A program made the position numbers and the translations under genes. 64,000 nt of DNA from Nemertoderma westbladi (lineage: Eukaryota; Animalia; Xenacoelomorpha), in NCBI GenBank assembly GCA_032718475.1, contig JAUCBJ010008295.1, positions 62,202-126,201 on the forward strand, in the 5' to 3' direction. Within the stretch, counting starts at the first letter, position 1. The number at the start of each line of letters is the position of its first letter. Shown here piece after piece: positions 10,906 through 21,921 of this stretch. The notes under the pieces are model-generated. The model worked only from the letters and a program-made list of their open reading frames with translations, searched no databases and had not been told where the DNA came from.

Positions 10906-12215
10906 TTCAGAGTTTATGCGATTATTCGCAACATTCATTCCCCAAGTTTGTTCCTACAATAATTGTGTTTGTTATACATACCGTTATAGTTAAATTAACC
11001 CCGGTACTACACGGGCTGCTTGGCGTAGGTAAAGACTGGTGATTTTGTGCACCGGTCACTCCAGCAGATGCCGTGGTTCTTTTAGCTGTTCAAGTATATT
11101 TAACTACTGATTATATGTTGTACAAGTACTCGTACCTAATTTAGGGTTTAGTATACAGTGCTTTCCGAAAGTAATTAGTGTAGGCATTATATTTGTGTTG
11201 TAAAGTGGTTGATAGGCACGTTCGATTAGCTCTATTAACTTCTAGGTAGGAACACTCCGTGATACATAACGTAGTACCTATAGCGATACGGCTATAGGTC
11301 GTCAGGCGGTGGTATTTTCCTATCTGGACAACGCAGTGTATTTACTACTACGTATTATTTTCAAATACCGCAGTACCCTGTCCGTTGTAATAACCAGAAT
11401 TCTAACCCTTTGTTAGGCTGGTTTGTAGACTTCTTGTAAAATTACCCTGAAAATTCGTATTTTGTGTTTTTGTAAATTTTTGTGTTTATTTAGAGATTGT
11501 AATCTCACCCGAATTGTACGTAATTTGTAGTATTAAGTAACTTAGGTAAATTAGTATTATTTGTTTTAGTGTCTTATAAGTAACACTTCACTGAAAGCGC
11601 ACCGCTTTGTGTAGTGATTACTCCCCATAAATAATAACATTTATTTCAAACATCGACAAAACCCATTAAAACGGGTATATATATATTATAAATCAAATCT
11701 AACGATTTATAAATAGTAGGCCTACCATACAACCATTAGGTCTCAATATCAGTTGGATTACTGCTCAAATAACGGTAATAAAGTAAGTAAAGTAACCAAG
11801 TAACCCTAAAATTCAGAAATTCAATTATTTAAAATAATTGATATACCGGTATTTACGATAGGCCTATTATCTTTATTTCTATAAGTTTCGGCTGAAATTA
11901 TACCGGTACTTGTAATTAATTCTAGTCCAGAATTATATATACTATAAACTGTAAGCTGTATACCGGTATTCCCGATAGGCCTATTATATATTTATATACA
12001 TTTGTGCTAAAATTATACCGGTATTCTGTGATAAACCTAGTCTGTAATAATACTTATATATACAATAAGCATACCGGTATTCTAATATATTATATATATC
12101 ACGCTACACTGAGTAGCAGTATCGGTAATTAATTACTAGGCTAGCAGTTAACACTGAATTACTAGACTTGCTTAGACTGTAATATAGCGGTAGACATTCA
12201 ACTGTGTAAACAAAC

Positions 12216-15200
12216 ATGTCTGATACTAAGCAGAACTTGTCAGACAGTTTATTAGATGTAACTATCTGCGACTCAGATAGAGGTGTAGAACCGTCTAGTC
12301 CTAAGTTCAGTTCACCTCCCACTGTGAGGAAGGTCATCCCTCCTGTAGTAATAACAGAACCTAGTCTGGTCCAACATCGTAGGTCTATCATAGGCACTCG
12401 AGCTCAGGTCAAGCGGGACCAAGAAGCAGCGGAACAGCAACAACCCGCGAGCCAAGAACTTATTTCTCAGCGGCCCGACAGCTCCAGTAGTGAAGATACG
12501 GTAGAACTGATACCCGAACGCGGAGCAAGGATGACGGACGAGGCTTATTCAGATCCCCTTCTCATCCTTCCTGCAGCCGTACTCACTAGGTTATTGATCG
12601 CTGTGGAAGAACACCAGATCGATTGGGCGAGAAGCCAGCGTTCAACTAGAGATAGTTATGCTGGATACACAAGGGAAGAACTGAAGTCCATGGTCGAGTC
12701 GCAATGGAACTTCCCCGGACCCGGACTCCCGTTTGATTTATCAGAAGCTGCCTGGGAAGACATACACCGGATGGGAGTAGCCAAGGAAACCATCGATCCA
12801 GCTGTGTGGAAGAGGTCCGCAGCCGGATACGCACAGGGATTCTTCAACTCTATGGAGAGAGTAGAAAAACAACTGTTACAACAACCTCAAGGACCTCAAG
12901 AGCAGGGACAGCTGCTTTATCAAGTTAGAGAAAGAATTCTGCGAATTAGGCTAATATTATCAGCCTTTGAAGAGGCTTCTAAAAGAAGACAAGACACGTC
13001 GTTGCAAGTTGCCGTAAAGACTTGGTTTCAACGGGTGAGTCGCCAAGTTCAAGGAACAGCTCAGTGGAAAGCTCAGCTGGAGGAGCGCTCAACCCATGGA
13101 GAATCAACAGACGCTACTTTTTCCCAAGTGGAAAGTGAAGCGACGGCAGAGAAGCCGCATAAGAGGGATGCCATTGACATCTATCTGTCAGACTATCAAC
13201 GTTTTTTAGGTGATGACGAGTTGAGGAGAAGGTTAGAGGGACTTAGCCCTAATAGTGAAGGAACCAAGCTTGTGTTGGATGCCATTGATGTGGAAATGAG
13301 GGCTGCGAATCAGGCTAAATTTGATGAACAACTCCGCATCACACGAGTCCAAGAAGAACAAGTAAAGAAAAAACGTATAGAAGACAGAAAGAAAGCAGCA
13401 GTGGTAGCTGCAGAAGCAGAAAGAAAAGCGGCAGCGGCAGAGGCAGCGGCAGAGGCAAAAGTGGCAGAAGCAGAACGGAAAGCGGCTGAAGAAATCACCC
13501 AATTAGAATTGGAAAACATTCAGGAGAATCAAGACTGCATAAATAAACAGTTAACAGCTAGTAATATGCAGATGATGAATCGATCTACTCCCAAAAGGCA
13601 GGGATATACATCATCTGAGGAAGGCGATACCACCGACACTGAAGGCGGAGGAAATCGATCTCGCCTAAGCAGACGTAAAAGAACATTCCACCGTCAGAAA
13701 TTGCCTGATTTGCCTCCAGCTGTTAGAAGGCAACTAAATAACACCAACTTAGCGAGTACAGAACCCACAGACCAAATAATTACAATAGAGAGACTCCCTA
13801 CTATAGTAGATGAGCCTGAAATAATTAGGCCTGTTCCCGAAGCTACCCTTTCGTTCGTAGAGACACCTGTACTCCCTGAACCTACCTCTCAATTCCCGTT
13901 GCACAGCACTAAGCTACCTGTGCCCAGTAGAACAGCCCATGAGACAGTTCATGCTCTGGACTCCGAGCGGAATGTTCATGATTTGTCGCCTGTTGTCCCT
14001 CGTCCGCCCGCTACAACGTTGGCGGATCCCGTTTCGGCGGTTGATTGGGTGGACGAGAGACGGCGGGGGATGGACATTCTCCTCGGAAAGATGGAGGAGA
14101 ATCAAAGGCGCTCCTCCCAACAGGTCCGAGAGTTAGAAGGGACTGTTCAACAGTTAAAGGGAACCGTAAAGGAAAGTAGGTTAGAGTTGCAGGAAGTGCA
14201 GCAAAATATCGCGTTAGAACGTGATAAATTAGTAAATTTACAAAAGGGTATACCACCACCCCTTGTAACAATGTGTCAACCTGTTAGGTCTGAAGTATCT
14301 CATGCGCAAGGTGTGGAGCCTACACGCATCTATACTGCTAGCGAAGTAGAAACTCCTATAGTGAACCCTATTAAGGGTAATTATAGACCTGTTGATAATG
14401 ATATTCCATATAGAACGGATCATAATCCGAGAAATTTATATACCGATAACTCGATATTAAATAACACGATGGCCCAAGAAAGTTTTACGCGTCAAATGGC
14501 TAGAACCGAAGCCCGGCAAGCTGTAAAGGTGGGAGAGATTGTAAAGTTCAATGGAGATGAGATGAAATGGTTACCTTTTAATGAATATTACAAAGATAAC
14601 ATACAGAACTATGTGCTATCTAATGGAGAGAAACTTAGATACCTCATCGAATGCTTGGAAGGATCTCCCAAGTTAATGGCATTAAAGTTTATTGGACATC
14701 CAGACGGATTAAGACAAGTTTGGGATACACTAAACATCAGGTATGGTAATAGGAATAACATAGCTGGGTATTTGTATGCAAAGTTGGTAGCGCCCCGAAA
14801 GTTTATTAGCAGCGGAATTATCGAGTTTTCCGATGAGATTCAGGAGATCTGTAGACAATTAGATTGGCTAGGTAAGTCTCAGGAGTATCAGAATGCTATG
14901 GTTATTAGAGCAGTGGCTTCTACTTTACCGAAGGGTGGAGTAGGTACACGCTGGGATAAGAAAGTGTTATATATGATGGAACAACAACGACGAGACCCTA
15001 CCATGGCTGATCTAATGTCATTCCTAGATGGAGAAGTGAAATTACAGCTCCTGAAACTGTCCAGAGAGAAGACACCGGAAAACAAGGTAAGTGAAAAACC
15101 CGTCTCTAGGAGAAAGGTAACACCAGTGTGTTATACAGACGACGGCGAAAGCCAGACTTCTCAAGGAGAAGATAGCGGAAAAGACACTGATAGATCTTAT

Positions 15201-18200
15201 TACGTAAATAAAATGCCTAAAGATCAGGTAAGTAAATTCAAGTCTCGAACAAATGACAGGAGAGAACAGGTAAGAAAAACTCCTCCTACGTCTCCCAAGA
15301 GAATTCAGGTGAGAAAGCCCGAAGAAAAAGCAAGTGTACACAATGTGACTCAGAGTAAGGTGAGTAACATCAAACCGAAATGTGCGCTGTGTGACGGGAC
15401 CCACCATTTGAATATGTGTGATAAATTCCTGAAGAAGTCATTAACGGAGAGACGTGAAGTCATGTGGGACAAGCGGTTGTGTTATAATTGCCTCAGACAA
15501 GGACATCAACGGCGAACCTGTTACTCAGACATAAGGTGTGCAAAGTGTGGTGCGAAACATCATATCTTGTTGCACGCTGAATTCGATCGAAATAGTCCTA
15601 ATCAGGTAAGTGATTCCGAACTACATGTCCAATTCAGTGATGTGAACGACACTGATCAATCTGAGATGGAAGGATTCTATACGGACGAGTTCTCCGACGA
15701 AAACGAATCCTGTTACATGATAAATACCGCAGTGTATCGAGCACTCACATATGAAAAAGATACAGACAGCGACTTCACTCTAACTACTTCTGAGCGACAA
15801 CCATCGTGGAAAGCACCAACTTCCAATGTAGGAATCCGAGAATTTCCTGTAGTCCAGTTACGGGTCCATGGACCTCAGAAGAGCTATATAGTGAACGCCC
15901 TCCTGGACTCCGGCAGCACAGGAACATTCATTGATAAAGAACTAGCCGAAGACATCTTCGCTGGACAACCTAAGTTCCGAACCAAGCTAAATATGTCAGG
16001 CATTATGCAAGTTTGGAAATCTACAGTAACAGCTGATTATTATGTAGGCGCGTTGTCCACCCCACAAGACGAACTAGGAGAACATAGCATAAGGTCGGTG
16101 AAAATGGTGGCTATAAAGAACTTCGCTACTACTCAAGCAGACCTTTATAATTGGGACGAGGATGAGAGCATCCAACATCTTAAGATACCTCGATTCCAGA
16201 CTGATTATCCTGGAGTGCAAATACTCATCGGCCAAAACGCGCATGAGGCGCTGGAGACATTGGAGAAACGGCCTGCTCAACCGCAGCCACTACAGACCTA
16301 TGCGGTAAGAACTAGAGTAGGTTGGTACTTTACTGGCCCTTCCCGTAGAACACTCAGAGAAAGACTACCGCAAGAGCGCGTCTACCAGGTGAGTGAATGG
16401 GAAGATGATACTAGTGAGGGAGACGATTTAACTGAGGGAACCCCATACTCCTCAGATAACGACGACGTTCACCAGCTTTTTGATGAGGAGAATACCATCG
16501 ATCTCCTTAAGGAAAACGAGGCTTGGCAAAACCAAGTGAACTTATGTCAACTTCTTTATCCAACTGAACGAGAAGCTTATAACGACGAGTTAAATGACGT
16601 CATTGAGCGTTGTAATGCCAAGACTCGAGATGAACATGCCGTAAGATTCTTTACGCAAGAGGCGGTAGAGCCCAATTCCTACGATAAAGCCTTGTCGGTG
16701 GAAGAGGAAAGGGCCAAGCAGATCCAAGAGACAACTACACGTTTCCTCAAAGATCAAGGTAGGTATGAAGTCGGTCTACCTTTCCGCAAGAGAGAACCGA
16801 AGTTCATCAATAACAGACCCTTGGCGGAAAAAAGAATCGCGCAACTCCATCGACGCCTTACGGCTAATTCTTCAGCTAAAGCAATGTATCAAACACAGCT
16901 GGAGAAATTTATTAGTAAGGGATACGCGGAGAGAGTACCGGAAGAAACACCTGTGACTGAAAGAACGTATTACTTAACTCACCATTACGTTCCTAAACCC
17001 GGTAAGCCACATGAAGTGAGAGTAGTGTTTGATGGCTCCGCTCTTTACATGGGTCAATCCCTTAACTCTGAATTGTTACCCGGACCCAACTTACTTCAAT
17101 CTTTGTTGGGAATTCTTTTAAGATTGAGACAATATTCGATTGCTTTCGCCTCCGATATAGAAGGCATGTTCTTACAAGTCAAGGTGTTAGATAGGGATCG
17201 AGATAGTTTACGATTTCTGTGGTGGCCCGAAGGAGACCTCAACATGAAACCGGTGGAGTACTGGATGACCATCCAGGCCTTTGGGATAATCTCAAGCCCT
17301 TCCAACGCCTGTTCGGTAGTGCGTACCACTGCAGAGGACAACCGAGAGGCCTTCTCTAAGGAAGTGATCGACAACATCAAGCGAGACATATACATGGACG
17401 ACAATCTGAAGTCCCTTCCATCAGTTGAGGAAGCCATTGAGGTCGCTAAAGGAACGGTAGAGTGCTTAAAAAGAGGTGGGTTTCGATTAACGAAATTCAC
17501 CAGCAACTCCCGTGAGTTTCTGGAGTCGATCCCTGCGGAAGATCGAGGGGCGAAAGATCTAGATTTGATCAAAGATGATCTGCCAGAAACCAAGACACTC
17601 GGCTTGAAATGGGACACAGAGCGAGATATCCTGTTTTTCCAGCTAAAACAGCGAGATAATCCAGTTCGAACCAAACGGATTTGCTTAAGTATACTGAGCA
17701 CTTATTTCGATCCATTGGGATTTATTAGCCCAGTTATATTGATTGCTCGTAGTTTGGTACAACAAATGTGGCTTGAAAACCACTCATGGGACGATCCACT
17801 TAAGGGAGAATTATTAAAGAAGTGGATGAAATGGGAAGATTCTCTGCCGGCTATCGAGGATTTTATAATTTCCCGTTCATATTTTGGTCATGTTCTCCCT
17901 ACGTATTCCTATCAACTCCATGTGTTTGGAGACGCCAGCGATATGGGAATAGGTATAGTAGCCTATCTAAGAGTGGAAACTCCGGATGGAATCAAAGTCG
18001 CCTTAGTTACTTCTAAGGCATTAATCAACAACAAGTTGAAAGTTCCTCGAGCGGAGTTAAAAGCGGCTCTATACGCTACAGCCATCGGCCGGAATGTAAC
18101 AGAACAGATTGACTATCCATTAGAGAAAACTGTCTATTGGACCGACGCTTTACTCGTGTTAGAGTATATAACCAATGAAGTCTGTCAGTTCAGCGTCTTC

Positions 18201-20276
18201 GTTACCAACAGAGTAGCCATCATACTTAGTCGCACGACGATGGACCAATGGAGACATTGCCCCGGAACGATTAATCCAGCAGACATCGCCTCCCGAGGAG
18301 CGACTCCAAAGGAATTGGTAAATACTCCCGAATGGTTAGGTGGACCCGACTTTCTCTACAGAGAAGAAGAAGAATGGCCTCCCCATCTCACAACAGCAGA
18401 GATCAGACAGGCCAAGGGAGCGGAGAAAGTTAAACCCAAAACTCGAGCGAGTAAATCGAAGTTGTTTAAACCTGCGGTTGATCTATCTGTATTATTTACT
18501 TCCGGAGAGGATGCTTTGGATCAGAAACCCACAGCCACGGATAAAGAAGTCTTAGAAATCCGTGACAAGGATTGGAAATCTGGAATACCAGATATTTCGC
18601 AAGGACTCTCACCTCTCTTGCAGAGAGTGATACGTCATTACAGTTCCTGGAATCGGCTCTGTAAAGCCGTCACCTATTTAAAACGATGTTTTCATCATCG
18701 TTACTCCGGGACAAAGACCAATAGTGATGATGCTCCATCAACATCTGCAAGAGTCCATGTTGTTAAAGATCTTCCTAAATATAAGATATCCGACAGGTTT
18801 CTAAAGGAGAAGATCAGTTACCAGGAGCATGATGAAACCAACAAACAGATGCTGAGACTCCTACAATGCTATGAGGATCCCGATAAGTATTTCCTGTTGT
18901 TAAGAAATCCGCAGATGCGCTTAAGGGATCGCTTCTCTAGTACCATGATAGATGGGTTAATACGTGTTGGAGGCAGGCTCACCAACGCCCCCTTATCCTT
19001 TGACACTAAGTTTCCCATACTCATTAGAAATCTTGACATACAAATCAAGATGATTGTAGATGTTCATAGCAAACTGTATCATGCTGGAAGAGAACGAGTT
19101 CTGAGCGAAATTCGAACTCGCTACTATTTTTATAAACCCCGTAGGGCTCTGAACCAAGTCCTTAGGAACTGCATACCCTGTAGGAAAGCATTCAGTAGGC
19201 CTTTGACACAGCGAGAGGCAGAATTACCTAGGGAAAGAGTAAGCTTCTATGAACCACCCTTTACTAATACCGGTGTGGATTTATTTGGCCCTATTGAAGT
19301 ATATCGTGCCCGGACTATAGTCAAGAGATGGTGTGTCATCTTCGTTTGTATGACTTGTAGAGCTATCCATCTCGATATGGTAAACGATCTATCCACCAAC
19401 AGCTTCGTGTTGAGTTTACGACGACAGATCGCTCGCTTCGGAACCAGTAACACGATGAGATCGGATAAGGGAACGAACTTCATTGGCGCCAACAACGAAA
19501 TTCAAGCTTTCGTAAAGGACTGGAACAAAAGACAGGTGGACGATCAGCTAAGGATAACAGCGTCTAGCTGGACCTTCAACGCCGCCGACGCCCCTTGGTG
19601 GGGAGGAAGTTGGGAGAGATTGATTAGGAGCGTGAAGACTGCGTTCCACTTTATTGTGCCTTGTCGCGCTTATCTCACCGACGAACTATTGCGGACGTTA
19701 ATGGAGGAAATCGCCGCTTATCTCAACGAAAGACCGCTTATGCCAGTCTCTTCAAGTCCTGATTCCCTGGAAGCGCTAACACCCGCGCACTTTCTACTGA
19801 AGAAACCCGTAGCCATGCTCCCACGATCGGAGATCACAGACGGAGACGAGTACTGCCGTCGAACCTGGCAACTTATGCAGTTGCTATCCCGTCGTTTCGC
19901 TGACCATTTCGAGAAACATTACCTGCCCACTCTACAACTTCGAACTAAGTGGTTTGCGCAGCAAGAAAACGTCAGCGCTGGAGACATGGTGCTTATTGTG
20001 GACCCCGATCTCCCACGTAAGCGATGGCAAACAGGACGTATCATCGAGACTCATATCTCGAGCGATGGTTTGGTGCGATCAGTAGAACTCGTCGTCATGC
20101 GGCGTAACTTTAAGAAACCAGGGATAGTCTTTGAGACTCAACAGCTCAACCGCCCAGTGGGTCGTTTATGTTTACTGGAAAGAGACAGAGAGCTCTCCGG
20201 AAACTATGGAAGGCAAGAAACTCTTCCCACGACCACTTCCCTAATCCAACCGACATCTAGGGACTCCCCAACTTAA
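12216..20276 (+). CDS. BEL/Pao Gag-Pol polyprotein (2686 aa)
   Basis: Gag core FNGDEMKWLPF, triple knuckle CALCDGTHHLNMC / CYNCLRQGHQRRTC / CAKCGAKHHILLH, protease ALLDSGST, RT VRVVFDGS..DIEGMFLQ..YMDD, Pao-type RNase H LHVFGDAS..PRAEL..WTDA..NPADIASRG, integrase H..H..CIPC, GVDLFGP, RSDKGTNF, GGSWERLI, C-terminal WQTGRI. Confidence 0.97.
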   Translation: MSDTKQNLSDSLLDVTICDSDRGVEPSSPKFSSPPTVRKVIPPVVITEPSLVQHRRSIIGTRAQVKRDQEAAEQQQPASQELISQRPDSSSSEDTVELIPERGARMTDEAYSDPLLILPAAVLTRLLIAVEEHQIDWARSQRSTRDSYAGYTREELKSMVESQWNFPGPGLPFDLSEAAWEDIHRMGVAKETIDPAVWKRSAAGYAQGFFNSMERVEKQLLQQPQGPQEQGQLLYQVRERILRIRLILSAFEEASKRRQDTSLQVAVKTWFQRVSRQVQGTAQWKAQLEERSTHGESTDATFSQVESEATAEKPHKRDAIDIYLSDYQRFLGDDELRRRLEGLSPNSEGTKLVLDAIDVEMRAANQAKFDEQLRITRVQEEQVKKKRIEDRKKAAVVAAEAERKAAAAEAAAEAKVAEAERKAAEEITQLELENIQENQDCINKQLTASNMQMMNRSTPKRQGYTSSEEGDTTDTEGGGNRSRLSRRKRTFHRQKLPDLPPAVRRQLNNTNLASTEPTDQIITIERLPTIVDEPEIIRPVPEATLSFVETPVLPEPTSQFPLHSTKLPVPSRTAHETVHALDSERNVHDLSPVVPRPPATTLADPVSAVDWVDERRRGMDILLGKMEENQRRSSQQVRELEGTVQQLKGTVKESRLELQEVQQNIALERDKLVNLQKGIPPPLVTMCQPVRSEVSHAQGVEPTRIYTASEVETPIVNPIKGNYRPVDNDIPYRTDHNPRNLYTDNSILNNTMAQESFTRQMARTEARQAVKVGEIVKFNGDEMKWLPFNEYYKDNIQNYVLSNGEKLRYLIECLEGSPKLMALKFIGHPDGLRQVWDTLNIRYGNRNNIAGYLYAKLVAPRKFISSGIIEFSDEIQEICRQLDWLGKSQEYQNAMVIRAVASTLPKGGVGTRWDKKVLYMMEQQRRDPTMADLMSFLDGEVKLQLLKLSREKTPENKVSEKPVSRRKVTPVCYTDDGESQTSQGEDSGKDTDRSYYVNKMPKDQVSKFKSRTNDRREQVRKTPPTSPKRIQVRKPEEKASVHNVTQSKVSNIKPKCALCDGTHHLNMCDKFLKKSLTERREVMWDKRLCYNCLRQGHQRRTCYSDIRCAKCGAKHHILLHAEFDRNSPNQVSDSELHVQFSDVNDTDQSEMEGFYTDEFSDENESCYMINTAVYRALTYEKDTDSDFTLTTSERQPSWKAPTSNVGIREFPVVQLRVHGPQKSYIVNALLDSGSTGTFIDKELAEDIFAGQPKFRTKLNMSGIMQVWKSTVTADYYVGALSTPQDELGEHSIRSVKMVAIKNFATTQADLYNWDEDESIQHLKIPRFQTDYPGVQILIGQNAHEALETLEKRPAQPQPLQTYAVRTRVGWYFTGPSRRTLRERLPQERVYQVSEWEDDTSEGDDLTEGTPYSSDNDDVHQLFDEENTIDLLKENEAWQNQVNLCQLLYPTEREAYNDELNDVIERCNAKTRDEHAVRFFTQEAVEPNSYDKALSVEEERAKQIQETTTRFLKDQGRYEVGLPFRKREPKFINNRPLAEKRIAQLHRRLTANSSAKAMYQTQLEKFISKGYAERVPEETPVTERTYYLTHHYVPKPGKPHEVRVVFDGSALYMGQSLNSELLPGPNLLQSLLGILLRLRQYSIAFASDIEGMFLQVKVLDRDRDSLRFLWWPEGDLNMKPVEYWMTIQAFGIISSPSNACSVVRTTAEDNREAFSKEVIDNIKRDIYMDDNLKSLPSVEEAIEVAKGTVECLKRGGFRLTKFTSNSREFLESIPAEDRGAKDLDLIKDDLPETKTLGLKWDTERDILFFQLKQRDNPVRTKRICLSILSTYFDPLGFISPVILIARSLVQQMWLENHSWDDPLKGELLKKWMKWEDSLPAIEDFIISRSYFGHVLPTYSYQLHVFGDASDMGIGIVAYLRVETPDGIKVALVTSKALINNKLKVPRAELKAALYATAIGRNVTEQIDYPLEKTVYWTDALLVLEYITNEVCQFSVFVTNRVAIILSRTTMDQWRHCPGTINPADIASRGATPKELVNTPEWLGGPDFLYREEEEWPPHLTTAEIRQAKGAEKVKPKTRASKSKLFKPAVDLSVLFTSGEDALDQKPTATDKEVLEIRDKDWKSGIPDISQGLSPLLQRVIRHYSSWNRLCKAVTYLKRCFHHRYSGTKTNSDDAPSTSARVHVVKDLPKYKISDRFLKEKISYQEHDETNKQMLRLLQCYEDPDKYFLLLRNPQMRLRDRFSSTMIDGLIRVGGRLTNAPLSFDTKFPILIRNLDIQIKMIVDVHSKLYHAGRERVLSEIRTRYYFYKPRRALNQVLRNCIPCRKAFSRPLTQREAELPRERVSFYEPPFTNTGVDLFGPIEVYRARTIVKRWCVIFVCMTCRAIHLDMVNDLSTNSFVLSLRRQIARFGTSNTMRSDKGTNFIGANNEIQAFVKDWNKRQVDDQLRITASSWTFNAADAPWWGGSWERLIRSVKTAFHFIVPCRAYLTDELLRTLMEEIAAYLNERPLMPVSSSPDSLEALTPAHFLLKKPVAMLPRSEITDGDEYCRRTWQLMQLLSRRFADHFEKHYLPTLQLRTKWFAQQENVSAGDMVLIVDPDLPRKRWQTGRIIETHISSDGLVRSVELVVMRRNFKKPGIVFETQQLNRPVGRLCLLERDRELSGNYGRQETLPTTTSLIQPTSRDSPT

Positions 20277-20819
20277 TATCGTTCGGAGTGGGCGTGTGAC
20301 TCTATTATTTTATATTATTTTATTATTTTTATATTTAGGTATGTATTACTATGTAATTTTATTATAATCGTTTTATTTAATTTAGTAGAATATTATTTAG
20401 CGATCATTTAGTAGAATAGTGCAATATATTCGTGTTTATTGCGTACGTAATTACTTATATTATATTTAGTGTGACGGCGAGAAACAATTCTTTTTCTCTT
20501 TCCTTACTGTCCGTATTATATTATAAATACGTAACTACAGTAAGATGAAATGTCCGTACTTATTAAAGTACAATAAAGCCACTACTATATTTAAGTATTA
20601 TTGGTAGGCAGAGTATTAGGAATGCAAAGTTCAGATCCTCGTGTCTCGGCTAAACCAAGCTCTGGGTAGACCTTGGAAACGACTTGCCTCTTCACACTGA
20701 CATTGCTTCGTGCGATATTGCTCTCATACCGTATATTAAATAATACATATAGTAGCGTGATGTCCCTTTAACAGTAGCGTATAACGCAAAATAAATCTGT
20801 TAAACCCTTTGACCATCTG

Positions 20820-21110
20820 CAATTCTAGTCGATTAAGATATCGCGGCACCCACCGATATACTTGAAAGACAAATTCTAGAATCAGTGGTTAACGTCCCCA
20901 GACAAGTTCTGGAATAAATCGGTGCCCATCTCAAATATTAATTATTTAATATTTGCAAATCTAATAAATCAAAATCTGTAAAATTCAGATCCTTCAACAA
21001 TTCTAGTCAATTAAGATATCGTAGCATTTACCGATATTCTTAAAAGGACAATTTTCATAGAATTAAGGATCTTGTGTCCCCAGACATGTTCTAGACTCAA
21101 AATATGTCCA
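20820..21110 (+). repeat. ~180-bp-period diverged direct repeat in the E1 3' internal region
   Basis: CAATTCTAGTC(G/A)ATTAAGATATCG...GTCCCCAGACA(A/T)GTTCT occurs twice; also present in E2 at about 27330-27590. Confidence 0.8.
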
Positions 21111-21921
21111 TTTAATTATCAAATAATAAAATTTCAGGGAATAAATTTAAATTCATGCCTTTTAATGAATTTAATAAATTGCCATTTTTACGCAATTTAT
21201 AACATTCCCAAAATTCCATTAATTAATAGATCAAGGGAGCGGAGATTTGTCTTATTATGAGTATGAGTGTGCGAAAGTCTCCCAAACATGGTCAATAGCC
21301 GATAAAATTCATAAAGTCATGTATCAAACAGGACATTGACTATTAAAGAATTACTATTAAATAACATCCCAGATCTGTATGCATGGGAATTACTCTAATT
21401 CTACCGCTAGCTTTGCATAATGTCACCATGGCAACAACCACGCTAGAATTAGAATTGAGTTAAAAGAACAATAGAAAGCTTGTCCCATTGAATAGCATAG
21501 GGAATAAATAGCGCACTGCTAGTATCCAAGGATACATAATAATACAGTGACATTCTGGAAGGCATTGACTAACGGACAAATGGCCCGAATGTGCGTAGTT
21601 GTGACCAGTTGTGTGGTATTTGTGAGTTTATAGGTGAATGTTACTGCTAAAGTGTGTTTACAGTAGCTAGTCGCAATCGTGAAAGTAACCTAACTCTCCA
21701 AGGAAAACCTGAAGTACATCTAAGCCTTTGGGACAGACAGTGGAGTGACTTGTGCCGGTTGTCGTTGTCGTTGTGCGGCTACGTCGTTGGCGAAAGTACG
21801 GCGGCGACGACACATCGGCGCTGAGGATCTCGCACTGTCCGGGGGCTGATTGGGGTAGGCAGCGACGCCCGCTCGCCTAAATATAAACTCATTATAATAT
21901 GGATAAATTTATATAGCAGAT

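Noticed and set aside
20602-20614. tRNA-iMet-like PBS (TGGTAGGCAGAG) inside the element
   Set aside because: Needs a 1-nt insertion, is not preceded by an LTR-terminal CA, and lies 10 kb from the 5' LTR.
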